Part shown: positions 8,551 through 19,084 of the stretch, piece by piece
Numbering within the stretch: the stretch's first letter is position 1
Layout: each line of letters begins with the position of its first letter
Virus record (IMG/VR): IMGVR_UViG_3300001594_000003
Span: 1-64,000 of that record
From: a virus
Taxonomy: Duplodnaviria; Caudoviricetes
DNA: 64,000 nt
Direction: 5' to 3' (one strand)
The notes under the pieces: generated by a model
The model's input: only the letters and a program-made list of their open reading frames with translations
Told to the model about the DNA's origin: nothing
The model's database searches: none
Translations under genes and position numbers: made by a program

Positions 8551-11500
8551 ATGGGCTCCATTTTCGATCTGAATCGAATCTCAGCGGCAATCGATGCTGC
8601 TACCTCTGGTCAGGCAGCAAAAACAAACTTCCAGCACGAAACCGACGCAATGTTGAAAGCGCTCGGTAGCGTAGATGATGACACTGTGGATTACGTCTCT
8701 CTCGCCGCTGGTTCTCCTGACCTAATCAAGTCTCTCCAGCCTGTGTCCTTGGACCCTGAGCTGTATGACGACTACAACTCCTTCTTCTTCAACCGTAAGC
8801 GTGACCGCCTGCTCGAATTGTTTGACCAAGCGGCCGACGTTACCCACAGCATCAACTGCTTCTTCCTGTTCATGCGCGAAGTTGTGCGTGACGGTCGTAA
8901 CCTGTTCGCTATCGAATCGAATCGCCCTGAATGGGAACGTCGCATCGGTCAACTTGCTGAGCGAGCACACACCCAAGGCGCTACAATGGCGCACGGGAAA
9001 GGCAACATCGTAACTGAATCCATGTACTCTCTGCTGGGTTCTATGATGGACGGAGGCAAGCACTCCATTCGTCCGTCTTCTGTTTACGCTGGTGGTCTGG
9101 ACGTGATCCTCGCCCGTTCTTCGCGTGATACTTCGCTGATGTGTTCCAACATCCAGTACGGGTATCACATCGAATCGAACATGACCGCGTACGGTTACGA
9201 GAACAATCGTCTCCAGTCTTACATGACCACAACGTCGCTCAAGGTTAAGCAGGCAGCGCGTCTGATTCTTGAGCATCTGTTCGGTGCAGGCAATGAGCAT
9301 AGCGCTTATGAGCCTAACATGAAGACCCTGCCGATCACCACGGACTTCGTTGAGTGTCAGCGCATCTTCGAGCGTGTGGTAGGCGTTACTCTGCCTGTGG
9401 ACTTCTTCCGCAATATCAGCTTCGGTGCCGACGGCTCCAAGAAAGCCGAACAGTTCGTTCGTATCTGTCTTGTTCTGCACGCTGAAAAGCAAGCAGCCGA
9501 AGAACTGACCCGAGGCTTCAACAACCAACTGTACAGCAGCAACACTCCTAAAGAGGCACTGCTGTCTGCGGAAACGTTGGTCAAGAACAATGTCCAGAAG
9601 AATGTCACCGAAGAAGCGGCTCTGCTCAACCGCAGCGTGGGCGGCACTATCGCATTCACCTTCGACAAGCCTACCGCTCGCTTCATTGCACAGGCCGAAG
9701 AAAGCGAAGAACTGAACATCACCAACTTCGACAACTGGTTCTCGTTGTGGTCGACTCAGTTCCTGCGTAAGAAAGGTGCACGCGCCAAGAATGCGCTGGC
9801 TTCTGGTCGCCTCAAGCTCTCCAACATTCCGCGCTATGTTCTTCCTGTCAGCAAGCTGAACGCTGTTACGGAAGCACGCAAGCGTCTCAATATGTCGGTA
9901 GAGCAAACCCGTGCAAACGAAGACGGCCTGTACGTGACACCGTCCGGCACTCTCGCGTATCTGCCGACTGCTGATGAACGTACCAACCTGAATGCTATCC
10001 ATGAGTACGAAGCTCTTGGTGCTGCGCTCGGCAAAGTCTGTTCTGACTACGGCATCAACACCTCGCTGCTGTCTGGGGACTACACGGACCTCGTTCAATA
10101 CGGTATTCCGTATGACGTGTACACTCAAGCCCAAGCTGACCTGAAGCGTCTGGTCGAGTTCAATGGTTCCATCCTGAGCTACGACTGGGACTACGGTCTG
10201 CGTGTGTACGCATCGTCTCGCCCGGGTATCGTGACCTGCTCTGTGCAGATCGGTTCCGTAAAGCCTGACGATTTGACTATTGCCGACTATCTCGGATTCA
10301 ACCTCGCGAAGGAAGGCGAAGCGCCTCTCCAGAAGACGTTCGTTGACTCCCTGATGCTGATGACTCACGACGATCCTATCGGCAACGATACTGATCCGCG
10401 TGAAATCTACGGCAACCAGATGGCGCCCGACAAGTTCGTCGAGCACGATCAGTTCAAGGACCTGCTGAACACCTACTTCTATCACGTCTACAAAGGTGAA
10501 CTGCCTGGACTGGATGAGTTGTTGCAGCGAGCAATGGCCGAACTGAACATCACCAAGTTCGACAACGACACGCCTCGTCAACAGGCGGACGTCTACAACG
10601 GCGTGATCACTTCTGACGGCAAGCTGCGCAACACCGCTCGTAACCAACACGAAGACGTTCGTACCATGAAGAACCTGCTGAGCCGTACGGTTACTGCATG
10701 TTCTGGTAAGTACAACTCGTATGTAGCGCGTGCCGTACAACAGGAGCTCGGAGAAGGTGTTGACTTCCAAACCGTTCAAGAGGAAATCAAGGATCATCCT
10801 GACTTCTTCCTTGTGGATCAGTCTCCTGCTCATCACTTTGCTCGCCTGTACAATTTCGTCGGCGGCAATATGTTTAAGCAGATTCTGGACGGGATCAACT
10901 CCCTAGACGTCCAGCAACTGACAAACGGCGAACGGGTACATGAGTTCGATGAGACTGTCCAGTACAGTGAGGCTGACACGCGCACAATCAAGCGTAAGGT
11001 CACTCGTCCAGATTCTTCGCGCATCCTGAACGTAGTTAAGCCCATAGCCCTGATGTTCGGCAAGTACGCCCAGAACTACGAGGCTATCGAGCAGCGTGCC
11101 AACGAAGCTATCAAGTCCATCGAGCGTGACGAAGGCTTGGAGGTGGATGATATCCACGTTCCGGGTAGTCACCAGGATTTGTCGATGTTCCCGCACCAGC
11201 TCGACACTCACCGCTATCTGCGTAAACCGAACCCTCCGAAGTTCGGTGTGTTGGATATAAGCCCTGGTGGCGGTAAGACTGCTATCGGCCTGACCGACAT
11301 TACCGCTTTGATCGGTGAAATGCAGCAACTCGGTAAGCGCATTCGTCCGCTGATCTTGTGTCCGGATGGTCTGATTCCTAACTGGTGTAACGATATGAAG
11401 TCGTTCGTCGGTGGGGACAACTGGAACATGATCCCGATCGATAAGCATGTGTTCAAGCGTTGGGGCCCTGAGAAGCTCACACACCTTATCGAGACTGCTC

Positions 11501-14490
11501 CGCCAAACACCATCGTTGTTGCTGGCTTCAACTTCATGCGCAACAACAAGATGAGCATCGTTATCGGTAACTCGGTCGTCGAAGTAGGTACCAACTTGGA
11601 GTTCATCAAGGCTCTCAAGTTCAACTACATCATCATCGACGAAAGCCACAAGCTGAAAGGCCAGAAGACCTCTCGCCACAAGATCATCAAGCAGTTGACC
11701 ACAGCATCGTTTGTGGACTATTTGCGAATCGCTACTGGTACTCTGATCGCTGACCGCGTGAAGGATATTGAAGGCCAGGTTGCTCTGTACTCGCCACACA
11801 TCTTCCGTAACGGTGAGTTGTCCGGTGAGACCATCAGTAAGGAACTTAGCGAATCGCTCAAGCTCGGCGACGAAAGCGTATCTCTCTGGAAGGTGAACAC
11901 TCCACAACGTGCGCGTCAGCGTCTCGGCCGTTATGCTGTAGTTGTGACGAAGAAGAAGAAAGAGTGGGCATTCATGTTGCCTAACCCAATCGAATCCTTC
12001 CACTCCGTCGCGTTCACGCCTGATAATGCAACACCAGAGGAACTGCAACTCGGCGAACTGCATCGTCAGCTCTACGACACTGTGGTTAACGAGTCGATTG
12101 AGCAGCTCCAAGAACTTCTGGAGAAGGCCAAGAAAGCTCATCGCGGTAAGACAGATGACGACGATGATGAGGAAGATGACGACAACGATGATGACGATGG
12201 TGAGGAAGGCGCAGAGCGTCGCCCTGATCTTGAAATGGAGACAGGCGAAGAACTTGGGATGCTGTCCCAGGCCGACGTAGAAGCTCACCTCGCTCGCATT
12301 GAGCGGATGATCATCGATCCGGAAGGTGACGAAGCGTTCCCGAAAATCTTCGGCGCAGCGGGTATCTCCAAGTACACGTCGCGTAAAGCTCGCGTCATTG
12401 CTGACCTCGTTGATCAGCACTTCAATCCACCAAAGTGGGAGAAAGGCAAGGTATACAATGAGTGGATTCTCGTTGAGCACGAAGGTAGCCTGTACCTGTC
12501 TCGTAAGCTCGACAAGTCCACACCGAAGCGTGTAGAGTTGCCACGCGACACGATCGGCAAGATACCGTCTGAGAATCCAGATATCTGGAAGAAGGAACCT
12601 GAAGGTAAGGTACTGATTTTCTGCCGCTACACTCGTTCGGTAGAAGCTGTATATCGTTCGCTTCCTTCGAAGTACCAGCGTCAAGCCGTCAAGTTCACAG
12701 GCGAAGAGGTTGATAAGTGGTCCAACCTTGAAGCGTTCAAGACCGATCCTAAGGTCAAGATTCTGATTGCGAACGAAATGGGTATGTCTGAAGGTCACAA
12801 CCTCCAGCTCGCATCCCGTATGATTCGTGTCGAGTCTCCGTGGGGTCCAGGTGAACTCGACCAGTCCGCTTCGCGTGTGTTCCGTCCTGATCCGAAGGGT
12901 GCGAAAGAGGGTGACATTTATCGTGAGGCTGTATTCCTTGATTGGGTACTTGCCAACAACACGATGGAAGTCGCTAAGCAAGGTCGTTTGATCGCCAAAA
13001 TCTTCAACAAGACTCGTTTCGACGAGGCGGAGAACCCTGCTTACGCGGACGTTCTTAGCAGTAACTTGCTGGAAGAGGTAAGCATGAGCCTTGAGACGCT
13101 CCAGCAGCGTCCTAGCCTGAACGACTACAGCGAGTACGTCAACGCCTACGTCAAGTTGAACGCGATTCAGCGCGAAGAATTCCATCAAATGCGTACCACG
13201 ATGGAAGCTCGCATGATTCCTGTTCCGCCTTCGCCTAAACTGGAAGGCTCCGCTGACATTCAAACGCCATTCGTATCGTCACAGAACATTCGTGACCCGA
13301 ACGGTTGGAAGCCTGTAAGCGTTAAGCAGTTCTTGCGTACTCCAGACGGCGCGCCGTTTGTTGCTGATCCTACTGGTCTCATCGGTAAGCCCGTGATGAC
13401 TGACGTAGGTTATGGCATGATCATGGTTGTGAACGCTCGTTATGTCGGCAAGAAAGCTGACGGCGTTATCAACAAGGATCGACCTATCAGTTCTATCGTC
13501 GTGAAGATGAAAGATACTGGTGAGACGTACAACTTCAGCGATATGGGTGTGGTATTCCTGCCTACCAAGATCAAGCCTGATGAGATTCAAGATCAGTTTG
13601 CTGTTAATCTGCTGTACCGCAAGGCAGATATCAAGCGCCATGAGAAAGCGCTTCGTGATCAGCAGATTCTTGAAGAACAGGAAGAAGCCGAGCGCATTAA
13701 GCGTGAACGCCGCGAAGGCCGTCAAGCCAAAGTTCGTATCCGTACCATGGAAGCTGGCGAGAAGCGTAAGAAGAACCTCAAAGAAGGTAAGCCTGTCAAT
13801 GAGGGTGTGACTTATGAACCTACCGCCAAGATTCCTACTACGGTACGCCCTGCAGGCAAAGACGCGGCTCCTGTTGAAGCGCCTGCTTTGACTCTGAGTC
13901 CTGCCTTCTACCACGGGTACCTTACTCTGGAGACAGACAACCTTGAGTTTACCAAGCAACTCAAGAAGTTTAAGTTCAAGGAGGTTAATGAGTATGCCTA
14001 TGTGACGGTGTCTCGGAAGAACCAGTTGAACTCGATCCTCGACTACGTTGAGGAGAACTTCCATCTGAGTGATCAGACAGTGGAACGTTTGACCAAAGTG
14101 TTCGCTGCTTTCGAGAAAGGCAAGCGCGGTCTGTACAACATGGAGCTTGCTCCTGTGTCTGAACTGCCGCACTTCTTCGCAGTCCGCAAGCAGATGGTTA
14201 AGGATCGGAAAGAGGCTCGCATCTATCCGTTCTTCATGCACGACAAGCTGATGCTGGTAATCGACACTGCAACATCGCCGATCGTCCGCAAGCATCTGGG
14301 TAAGGTGATCCCTGGTGCTGGTACTAAGTGGCAACTGTCTCCTGGCGCTCTGATGTACTTCGCCAAGAACAAGACTGACTTGAACTCCAAGATCAAGGAA
14401 ATCAAAGCTGCTGGTATCAACATTGCGTCTCCTGACGTGTTGAAGAAGGAAGTCTCTGAAATCAACTTCCGCGCACCACGCTCGAAGTAA
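8551..14490 (+). CDS. Large SNF2-family (SF2) ATPase/translocase
   Basis: FPHQ Q-motif, SPGGGKT, IIIDESH, ATGT, EGHNLQLAS, W.PGELDQ..SRVFR. Confidence 0.85.
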   Translation: MGSIFDLNRISAAIDAATSGQAAKTNFQHETDAMLKALGSVDDDTVDYVSLAAGSPDLIKSLQPVSLDPELYDDYNSFFFNRKRDRLLELFDQAADVTHSINCFFLFMREVVRDGRNLFAIESNRPEWERRIGQLAERAHTQGATMAHGKGNIVTESMYSLLGSMMDGGKHSIRPSSVYAGGLDVILARSSRDTSLMCSNIQYGYHIESNMTAYGYENNRLQSYMTTTSLKVKQAARLILEHLFGAGNEHSAYEPNMKTLPITTDFVECQRIFERVVGVTLPVDFFRNISFGADGSKKAEQFVRICLVLHAEKQAAEELTRGFNNQLYSSNTPKEALLSAETLVKNNVQKNVTEEAALLNRSVGGTIAFTFDKPTARFIAQAEESEELNITNFDNWFSLWSTQFLRKKGARAKNALASGRLKLSNIPRYVLPVSKLNAVTEARKRLNMSVEQTRANEDGLYVTPSGTLAYLPTADERTNLNAIHEYEALGAALGKVCSDYGINTSLLSGDYTDLVQYGIPYDVYTQAQADLKRLVEFNGSILSYDWDYGLRVYASSRPGIVTCSVQIGSVKPDDLTIADYLGFNLAKEGEAPLQKTFVDSLMLMTHDDPIGNDTDPREIYGNQMAPDKFVEHDQFKDLLNTYFYHVYKGELPGLDELLQRAMAELNITKFDNDTPRQQADVYNGVITSDGKLRNTARNQHEDVRTMKNLLSRTVTACSGKYNSYVARAVQQELGEGVDFQTVQEEIKDHPDFFLVDQSPAHHFARLYNFVGGNMFKQILDGINSLDVQQLTNGERVHEFDETVQYSEADTRTIKRKVTRPDSSRILNVVKPIALMFGKYAQNYEAIEQRANEAIKSIERDEGLEVDDIHVPGSHQDLSMFPHQLDTHRYLRKPNPPKFGVLDISPGGGKTAIGLTDITALIGEMQQLGKRIRPLILCPDGLIPNWCNDMKSFVGGDNWNMIPIDKHVFKRWGPEKLTHLIETAPPNTIVVAGFNFMRNNKMSIVIGNSVVEVGTNLEFIKALKFNYIIIDESHKLKGQKTSRHKIIKQLTTASFVDYLRIATGTLIADRVKDIEGQVALYSPHIFRNGELSGETISKELSESLKLGDESVSLWKVNTPQRARQRLGRYAVVVTKKKKEWAFMLPNPIESFHSVAFTPDNATPEELQLGELHRQLYDTVVNESIEQLQELLEKAKKAHRGKTDDDDDEEDDDNDDDDGEEGAERRPDLEMETGEELGMLSQADVEAHLARIERMIIDPEGDEAFPKIFGAAGISKYTSRKARVIADLVDQHFNPPKWEKGKVYNEWILVEHEGSLYLSRKLDKSTPKRVELPRDTIGKIPSENPDIWKKEPEGKVLIFCRYTRSVEAVYRSLPSKYQRQAVKFTGEEVDKWSNLEAFKTDPKVKILIANEMGMSEGHNLQLASRMIRVESPWGPGELDQSASRVFRPDPKGAKEGDIYREAVFLDWVLANNTMEVAKQGRLIAKIFNKTRFDEAENPAYADVLSSNLLEEVSMSLETLQQRPSLNDYSEYVNAYVKLNAIQREEFHQMRTTMEARMIPVPPSPKLEGSADIQTPFVSSQNIRDPNGWKPVSVKQFLRTPDGAPFVADPTGLIGKPVMTDVGYGMIMVVNARYVGKKADGVINKDRPISSIVVKMKDTGETYNFSDMGVVFLPTKIKPDEIQDQFAVNLLYRKADIKRHEKALRDQQILEEQEEAERIKRERREGRQAKVRIRTMEAGEKRKKNLKEGKPVNEGVTYEPTAKIPTTVRPAGKDAAPVEAPALTLSPAFYHGYLTLETDNLEFTKQLKKFKFKEVNEYAYVTVSRKNQLNSILDYVEENFHLSDQTVERLTKVFAAFEKGKRGLYNMELAPVSELPHFFAVRKQMVKDRKEARIYPFFMHDKLMLVIDTATSPIVRKHLGKVIPGAGTKWQLSPGALMYFAKNKTDLNSKIKEIKAAGINIASPDVLKKEVSEINFRAPRSK

Positions 14491-14494
14491 CCAC

Positions 14495-14520
14495 AGTGGG
14501 GAGGCAACTCCCCACTTCTT
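14495..14520 (+). terminator. Stem-loop / weak terminator
   Basis: agtggggag-GCAA-ctccccact followed by tctt. Confidence 0.65.
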
Positions 14521-14535
14521 CATGAGGATTGCACT

Positions 14536-15066
14536 ATGCAAGTGACACCCGACAAGCTGAAAGCACAACAACTGGTGCTCTTTCATCTGGGTTACTACAA
14601 AGGCCTGATCGACGGTATTTGGTCAAACTCTACCATTGAAGCCAAGAAGAAGTTCGAGGCGGACACTACGTTCCTGCCTGCGTATCCGAACGGCGGTCTA
14701 CCCTTCGGTGATCGTGACAAGTTGCCCAAAGGCATGCGTTACGACGTTAAGGGGCTGATCATCCACAGCGATCTGACTCCTGAGCGCACTGAGGAGATTA
14801 TGTCTGCTATGAACGCTCGCATGGCTCAAGCAGACAAAGAACGTAAGCCGCAGCCTACTCCTGACTCGTCGTCTGAGTATGCTGGTGACGTTACCGTTCG
14901 TACCACGGAAGCTACCGCACCAACCAACGCAGAGCTGCCGCACGAGGGTCAACATGCAGCACAGACTACTCAGCCGCAGCAGTCGAATCCTGCTGGCGTT
15001 GCAGGTACGCACAACCATCACAAGACTCAGAACCAGCAGCGCGACAAACACAAAGGTAATCGATAA
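14536..15066 (+). CDS. Peptidoglycan-binding domain protein (PG_binding_1-like N-terminus, disordered C-terminus)
   Basis: QLVLFHLGYYKGLIDGIWSNSTIEAKKKFE matches the Q..L..LGY..G..DG..G..T..A...FQ pattern. Confidence 0.65.
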   Translation: MQVTPDKLKAQQLVLFHLGYYKGLIDGIWSNSTIEAKKKFEADTTFLPAYPNGGLPFGDRDKLPKGMRYDVKGLIIHSDLTPERTEEIMSAMNARMAQADKERKPQPTPDSSSEYAGDVTVRTTEATAPTNAELPHEGQHAAQTTQPQQSNPAGVAGTHNHHKTQNQQRDKHKGNR

Positions 15067-15570
15067 GTGAAATATCCTGCCGAACTAACGTATGCAGCGT
15101 TTCGGCACGGCACTATCACAAGACGATTTCTTTTCTGCCTGACCGATGAGAAACCGAAGTTCGGCGATCCGTCGTTTGACTTCATGGCGTTCTTCGGATT
15201 CGGTAGTGGGGAGTTTGAAGGTGAAACGCCTGCTGAATACAAGCACTTGCGAGTAAAGGTCCAACAACTGCCTGACAACTCCGAGCTTAGCTATGCTATC
15301 GCAGCAGAGGCTTTGCAGAAAGGGTCAAAGGGATTCGTAGGCTTCTACACAAAGGACGGAGACACTCTGTTCCTTCTAACAGAAGACAGTGAAGGTACGC
15401 TACTTACCCACATCACTGACCTTAACTGGCACTACTACACCCAACTTGGGGATCGCGGCACAGCATACGCTCACCTTCGAACTATGCAACGACGCCACTT
15501 TCTCTTTGAAACCTGGGAAGAACAGAACGATAAGCTGGCAAAGTTTAGCGTACTGTCTGCTTCCATTTAG
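15067..15570 (+). CDS. Hypothetical protein
   Basis: GTG start directly after the upstream stop; followed by a terminator. Confidence 0.65.
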   Translation: MKYPAELTYAAFRHGTITRRFLFCLTDEKPKFGDPSFDFMAFFGFGSGEFEGETPAEYKHLRVKVQQLPDNSELSYAIAAEALQKGSKGFVGFYTKDGDTLFLLTEDSEGTLLTHITDLNWHYYTQLGDRGTAYAHLRTMQRRHFLFETWEEQNDKLAKFSVLSASI

Positions 15571-15574
15571 AATC

Positions 15575-15598
15575 GGGCGGCCTTCGGGTCGCCTTTTT
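15575..15598 (+). terminator. Rho-independent terminator
   Basis: ggcggcc-TTCG-ggtcgcc followed by ttttt. Confidence 0.9.
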
Positions 15599-15610
15599 CA
15601 TTTGCCAGAA

Positions 15611-15620
15611 ACTGTAAACG
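15611..15620 (+). promoter_or_regulatory. Candidate early/middle promoter motif ACTGTAAACG
   Basis: 31-40 nt upstream of the polymerase ATG; an identical 10-mer lies upstream of thyA. Confidence 0.45.
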
Positions 15621-15650
15621 ACGTAGAGGAATAACTAGAGGTTTCGTGAC

Positions 15651-18600
15651 ATGCCAAAGTGCGATCACGTCGAGTTCCATTACGACTATTCCAACAAGTT
15701 TGAAAACCCAAAGAATGACTTCTCCTACGTGCGCCTAGCTAAGCACGTCCAGAAGAAGGCAAAGGGTAAGATTCTGTTTGTGCTTGATTATGTACCGACA
15801 GAGGACCTGCGAACTGGTCGTATGTTAAGCGGCGCTACCGGTCAGCTATTCGACAACGTGTTCAAAGTGGCTGAGCAATACTACAACAGCGAACATGAAC
15901 TCCAAGACTACTCTTGGATGTGCATTTCATTCCACTCCTTCAAAACGGCAGGTATGCCTGATCAGTATCGTGCTGATGCCAAGCAAGAGTTTGCTGATCG
16001 CCTGAAGTTCATCATTTCCGAATACAAGCCTGACATGGTCGTGACGTTCGGTCCTGATCCGTACAAAGCCTTGAACGGTGAAATGATTGCGGCTAAGTAT
16101 CGGGACCGTAAGGGTATTCACTACGAGCACTTCTATGGTGTTCCTATTGAAACCACCGTCAAGTCCGGTAAGAAGACCCATAGCTTCAAGCATGTGCCGA
16201 CTCTGAGTTTGAATACACTGGTCGGCGCTTCCGGTAAGGGCGAGGCTATGTACTTGGCAGGGTACGTCGGACGCAATCTGATGACTGCCTTGTATGGTGA
16301 CCTGCGTTATCGTATTCCAGAATTGAAGTACAAGGTTCGTCTTGTTGACTCGATTGAAAAATTCGACAAGATGCTGGACATTATCAGTGAGGCCAAGGTT
16401 GTTGCAATCGACACCGAGACCAAGAACCTGATGCGTATTACCAACCGACTGCTGACGATTCAGTTTGCGGTTGACGATACGGCTGCGTACATTCTGCCAA
16501 TCGGACACAAGGACAGCCCTTGGTTACCTGAAGAACTCAAGTACATCAAGAAGAAGCTGCGCCTGTACTTCGAGCGCAAGAATAAGAACAAGCACCATGT
16601 TTACGCCAACGCCGTGTTCGACTTGAATCGGATTCGCGTGGACCTTGGTGTTCGCCACTTCAAGTGTGACATTTGGGATGTTTTCGCTGGTGAGTTTGGC
16701 CACGATGAGAACATGAAGGTTCTTGAAGGCATAACAGGCGGAACGTTCTACACCCTGCTCAATATTTGTATGCAGTATGGTTGTGAAGCCTATTACGAGT
16801 CTGAATTCGGAAAGGACAAGCGCGCCACGATTGAGACGCAAGACCTCGACGCTCCGCTTCTCAATTACTGCGCACTGGACGTAATCACGCTCATCCACAT
16901 TCGCAAGCTACAGATTCGACGTGCAAAGGATTACGGATACAAGAAATACCAGTCATTGGTTAGTGAGCAGATCAGCGATATGCTCCACGTGTTCTCCTGT
17001 TTGGAAGTTAACGGGTGTAAGACGGATATCAACTGGCTGTTCTACTTGAAGTCCAAAGAGTCTCCGATCCGTATGCACATGGCAGACGTGATCAAGCGGC
17101 TCGAAGAAACGCCCGGCGTACAGAAAGCCAACCAGAAGATGAGCAAGAAGTCAGGTGCCCCACAGCTCGGTCTGTTCGGCAAGACCAAGCTGAAAATCTT
17201 CGATATCGCCAAGAAAGAGCACCTGAACTTCCTGATGTTTGACGTGCTCAAGCTCAAGGAACTCAGCGTCGGTAAGTCTGGTAAAGGTAACATCGACAAA
17301 GACTTCCAGAAGAAGTACGGAGACATTCCAGAGGTCGCGCTGTATAACGAACTCCAGAAGGTCAAGAAAATTTACAACTCGTATGTGAAGGCATTCGTTA
17401 AGCAGTGGGGTAGTGACCCTGATATGCGAAGCGACTCCCACATTCGTCCATTCTTCCAGTTCCGTGACGTTGTGACGGGTCGTACCTCGGCCAAGAAACC
17501 ATCGCTGCACCAGATTCCATCGCGTAACGATATCAGCGACTTCATCAAGAAGATGTTTCCTGAGCGTGCGGACCTGGGTAAAATCATCAAGCGCCTGTTC
17601 ATTGCGGGTGATGGTCGTGTGATCCTCAAGGTCGACTATGCTGCACACGAAGTTCGCGGTTGGTCTATCATCACTGGTGACCAAGAAGTAGCTGACCTGT
17701 TCTGGCATGGTCTGCGTCTGCGTAACCAGTACAAGTTGTTCCCGACTAAAGAACTGGCCGACAAGATCGACAAAGAAGGTGACGTTCACAAGATCAACGC
17801 CGCATACTTCTTCGGCATGAAGATTGAGGACGTAGACAAACCTAAACGTAACAGCGTTAAGCAGGTAATCTTCGGTCTGATCTATCAGCAAGGCATGGAG
17901 GGTGTTGCCAAATCTACGGGTCAGACGCTCGAAGACATTAAGGACCTCGTTAAACGGTTCTTCAAGCGCTTCCCTGTTGGTGCGGGTTGGTTCGACAAGA
18001 TCAAGGAGAAGGCAGCCAAGAAGCTGTATGTTGAATCTCCGCTTGGTCGACGCCGTAACCTGTGGGCATTCCTCATTCCGAAAGACGCAAAGTCGTTCGA
18101 CGGTGTATATGCTGCAACTGGACGTCGTGCTGTGAACTCTCCGATTCAGGGTATGGGTTCTGACTTCCTTGTGTCTGGTGCACGCGAGATTGAGAATGCC
18201 AAGTACGCCCACTATCGTAAGACTGGGCACTACCCTGACTTCTATATGTCAAACAGCGTACACGACTCCTTGGAGTTTAGCTGTGCATACGAAGACTTGT
18301 GGATAGCGATCCAGATGATCGAGCACAATCTAACTTACGGTGTTATGGAAGTGATGACCAAGCGTCACGGCCTGACGTTCCCTGTGCCGTTGGAGATTGA
18401 CTTTGAAATCGGCTCCAACATCCGCGACTGTAAGGGTTGGGACTACAGCTTGGCTAACCTAGAAGAACTCCTGCACAAAGCCGTTAAGCAACAGCGCGAT
18501 GAGTTCAAGCATGACGTTGACGTTGACGCAGTTGTTCGTCAAATGATGCGGGGTCAGTACGAGAACATGCCTGACTGGGCTAAGAAGCAAGCGTGGAACA

Positions 18601-18740
18601 TCGGCATGAAGATGGATGGGATGCGTGTTGACCCACGTAAGTCCGATGAAGTCATCGATGCCAAGAAAGCCAAGAAGCTGCTTGAAGCAACTCAGGTGAA
18701 GTCCAAGAATGTAAAGAAAAAGAAGGCAGTAGCAGCATGA
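15651..18740 (+). CDS. polA: Family A DNA polymerase with a 3'-5' exonuclease and an N-terminal UDG-like domain
   Basis: ExoI DTET, ExoII NAVFD, ExoIII YCALD; TGRTS; motif A DYAAHEVR, motif B R...KQVIFGLIY, motif C VHDS. Confidence 0.95.
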   Translation: MPKCDHVEFHYDYSNKFENPKNDFSYVRLAKHVQKKAKGKILFVLDYVPTEDLRTGRMLSGATGQLFDNVFKVAEQYYNSEHELQDYSWMCISFHSFKTAGMPDQYRADAKQEFADRLKFIISEYKPDMVVTFGPDPYKALNGEMIAAKYRDRKGIHYEHFYGVPIETTVKSGKKTHSFKHVPTLSLNTLVGASGKGEAMYLAGYVGRNLMTALYGDLRYRIPELKYKVRLVDSIEKFDKMLDIISEAKVVAIDTETKNLMRITNRLLTIQFAVDDTAAYILPIGHKDSPWLPEELKYIKKKLRLYFERKNKNKHHVYANAVFDLNRIRVDLGVRHFKCDIWDVFAGEFGHDENMKVLEGITGGTFYTLLNICMQYGCEAYYESEFGKDKRATIETQDLDAPLLNYCALDVITLIHIRKLQIRRAKDYGYKKYQSLVSEQISDMLHVFSCLEVNGCKTDINWLFYLKSKESPIRMHMADVIKRLEETPGVQKANQKMSKKSGAPQLGLFGKTKLKIFDIAKKEHLNFLMFDVLKLKELSVGKSGKGNIDKDFQKKYGDIPEVALYNELQKVKKIYNSYVKAFVKQWGSDPDMRSDSHIRPFFQFRDVVTGRTSAKKPSLHQIPSRNDISDFIKKMFPERADLGKIIKRLFIAGDGRVILKVDYAAHEVRGWSIITGDQEVADLFWHGLRLRNQYKLFPTKELADKIDKEGDVHKINAAYFFGMKIEDVDKPKRNSVKQVIFGLIYQQGMEGVAKSTGQTLEDIKDLVKRFFKRFPVGAGWFDKIKEKAAKKLYVESPLGRRRNLWAFLIPKDAKSFDGVYAATGRRAVNSPIQGMGSDFLVSGAREIENAKYAHYRKTGHYPDFYMSNSVHDSLEFSCAYEDLWIAIQMIEHNLTYGVMEVMTKRHGLTFPVPLEIDFEIGSNIRDCKGWDYSLANLEELLHKAVKQQRDEFKHDVDVDAVVRQMMRGQYENMPDWAKKQAWNIGMKMDGMRVDPRKSDEVIDAKKAKKLLEATQVKSKNVKKKKAVAA

Positions 18741-19084
18741 GGCAAATAGACGCCGTTGTTTCTATGTTGAATGAGGCAGTCACGCTGTCTCCGGGATTGT
18801 GGTCCCTGTTCGACGTACAAGTGCCGTGCTTGTCTATGGTCGGACGAGTCACTCCTATCGAGTTGATGGTAGTTGATTCGTCTGACTTTGCTTTTGCAAA
18901 CGTGCTCGGTCTAATTAATGGAGCTCTCTGTGATACGGACCACAGAATAAGCATAATCGTGGAGAACGTCAGTGGTTCACCTCAGCGGAAATTTATCGCC
19001 ACCTGCATCAGTCAAGGTACAAGCCGTATTGACGGACCCTCTACTGAAATTCATGCGGAAGAAGATGGGTCGCAGCGCACCTAA
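18737..19084 (+). CDS. Hypothetical protein
   Basis: ATGA overlap with the polymerase gene. Confidence 0.6.
   Translation: MRQIDAVVSMLNEAVTLSPGLWSLFDVQVPCLSMVGRVTPIELMVVDSSDFAFANVLGLINGALCDTDHRISIIVENVSGSPQRKFIATCISQGTSRIDGPSTEIHAEEDGSQRT

Noticed and set aside
8722-14586. Long minus-strand ORFs (704, 786, 435 aa) opposite the SNF2 gene
   Set aside because: Antisense shadows produced by the codon bias of the + strand gene; no motifs or RBS.
15651-18740. Intein or intron in the DNA polymerase
   Set aside because: The extra length is explained by the UDG-like N-terminus; no intein splice motifs, and the polymerase motifs are contiguous.
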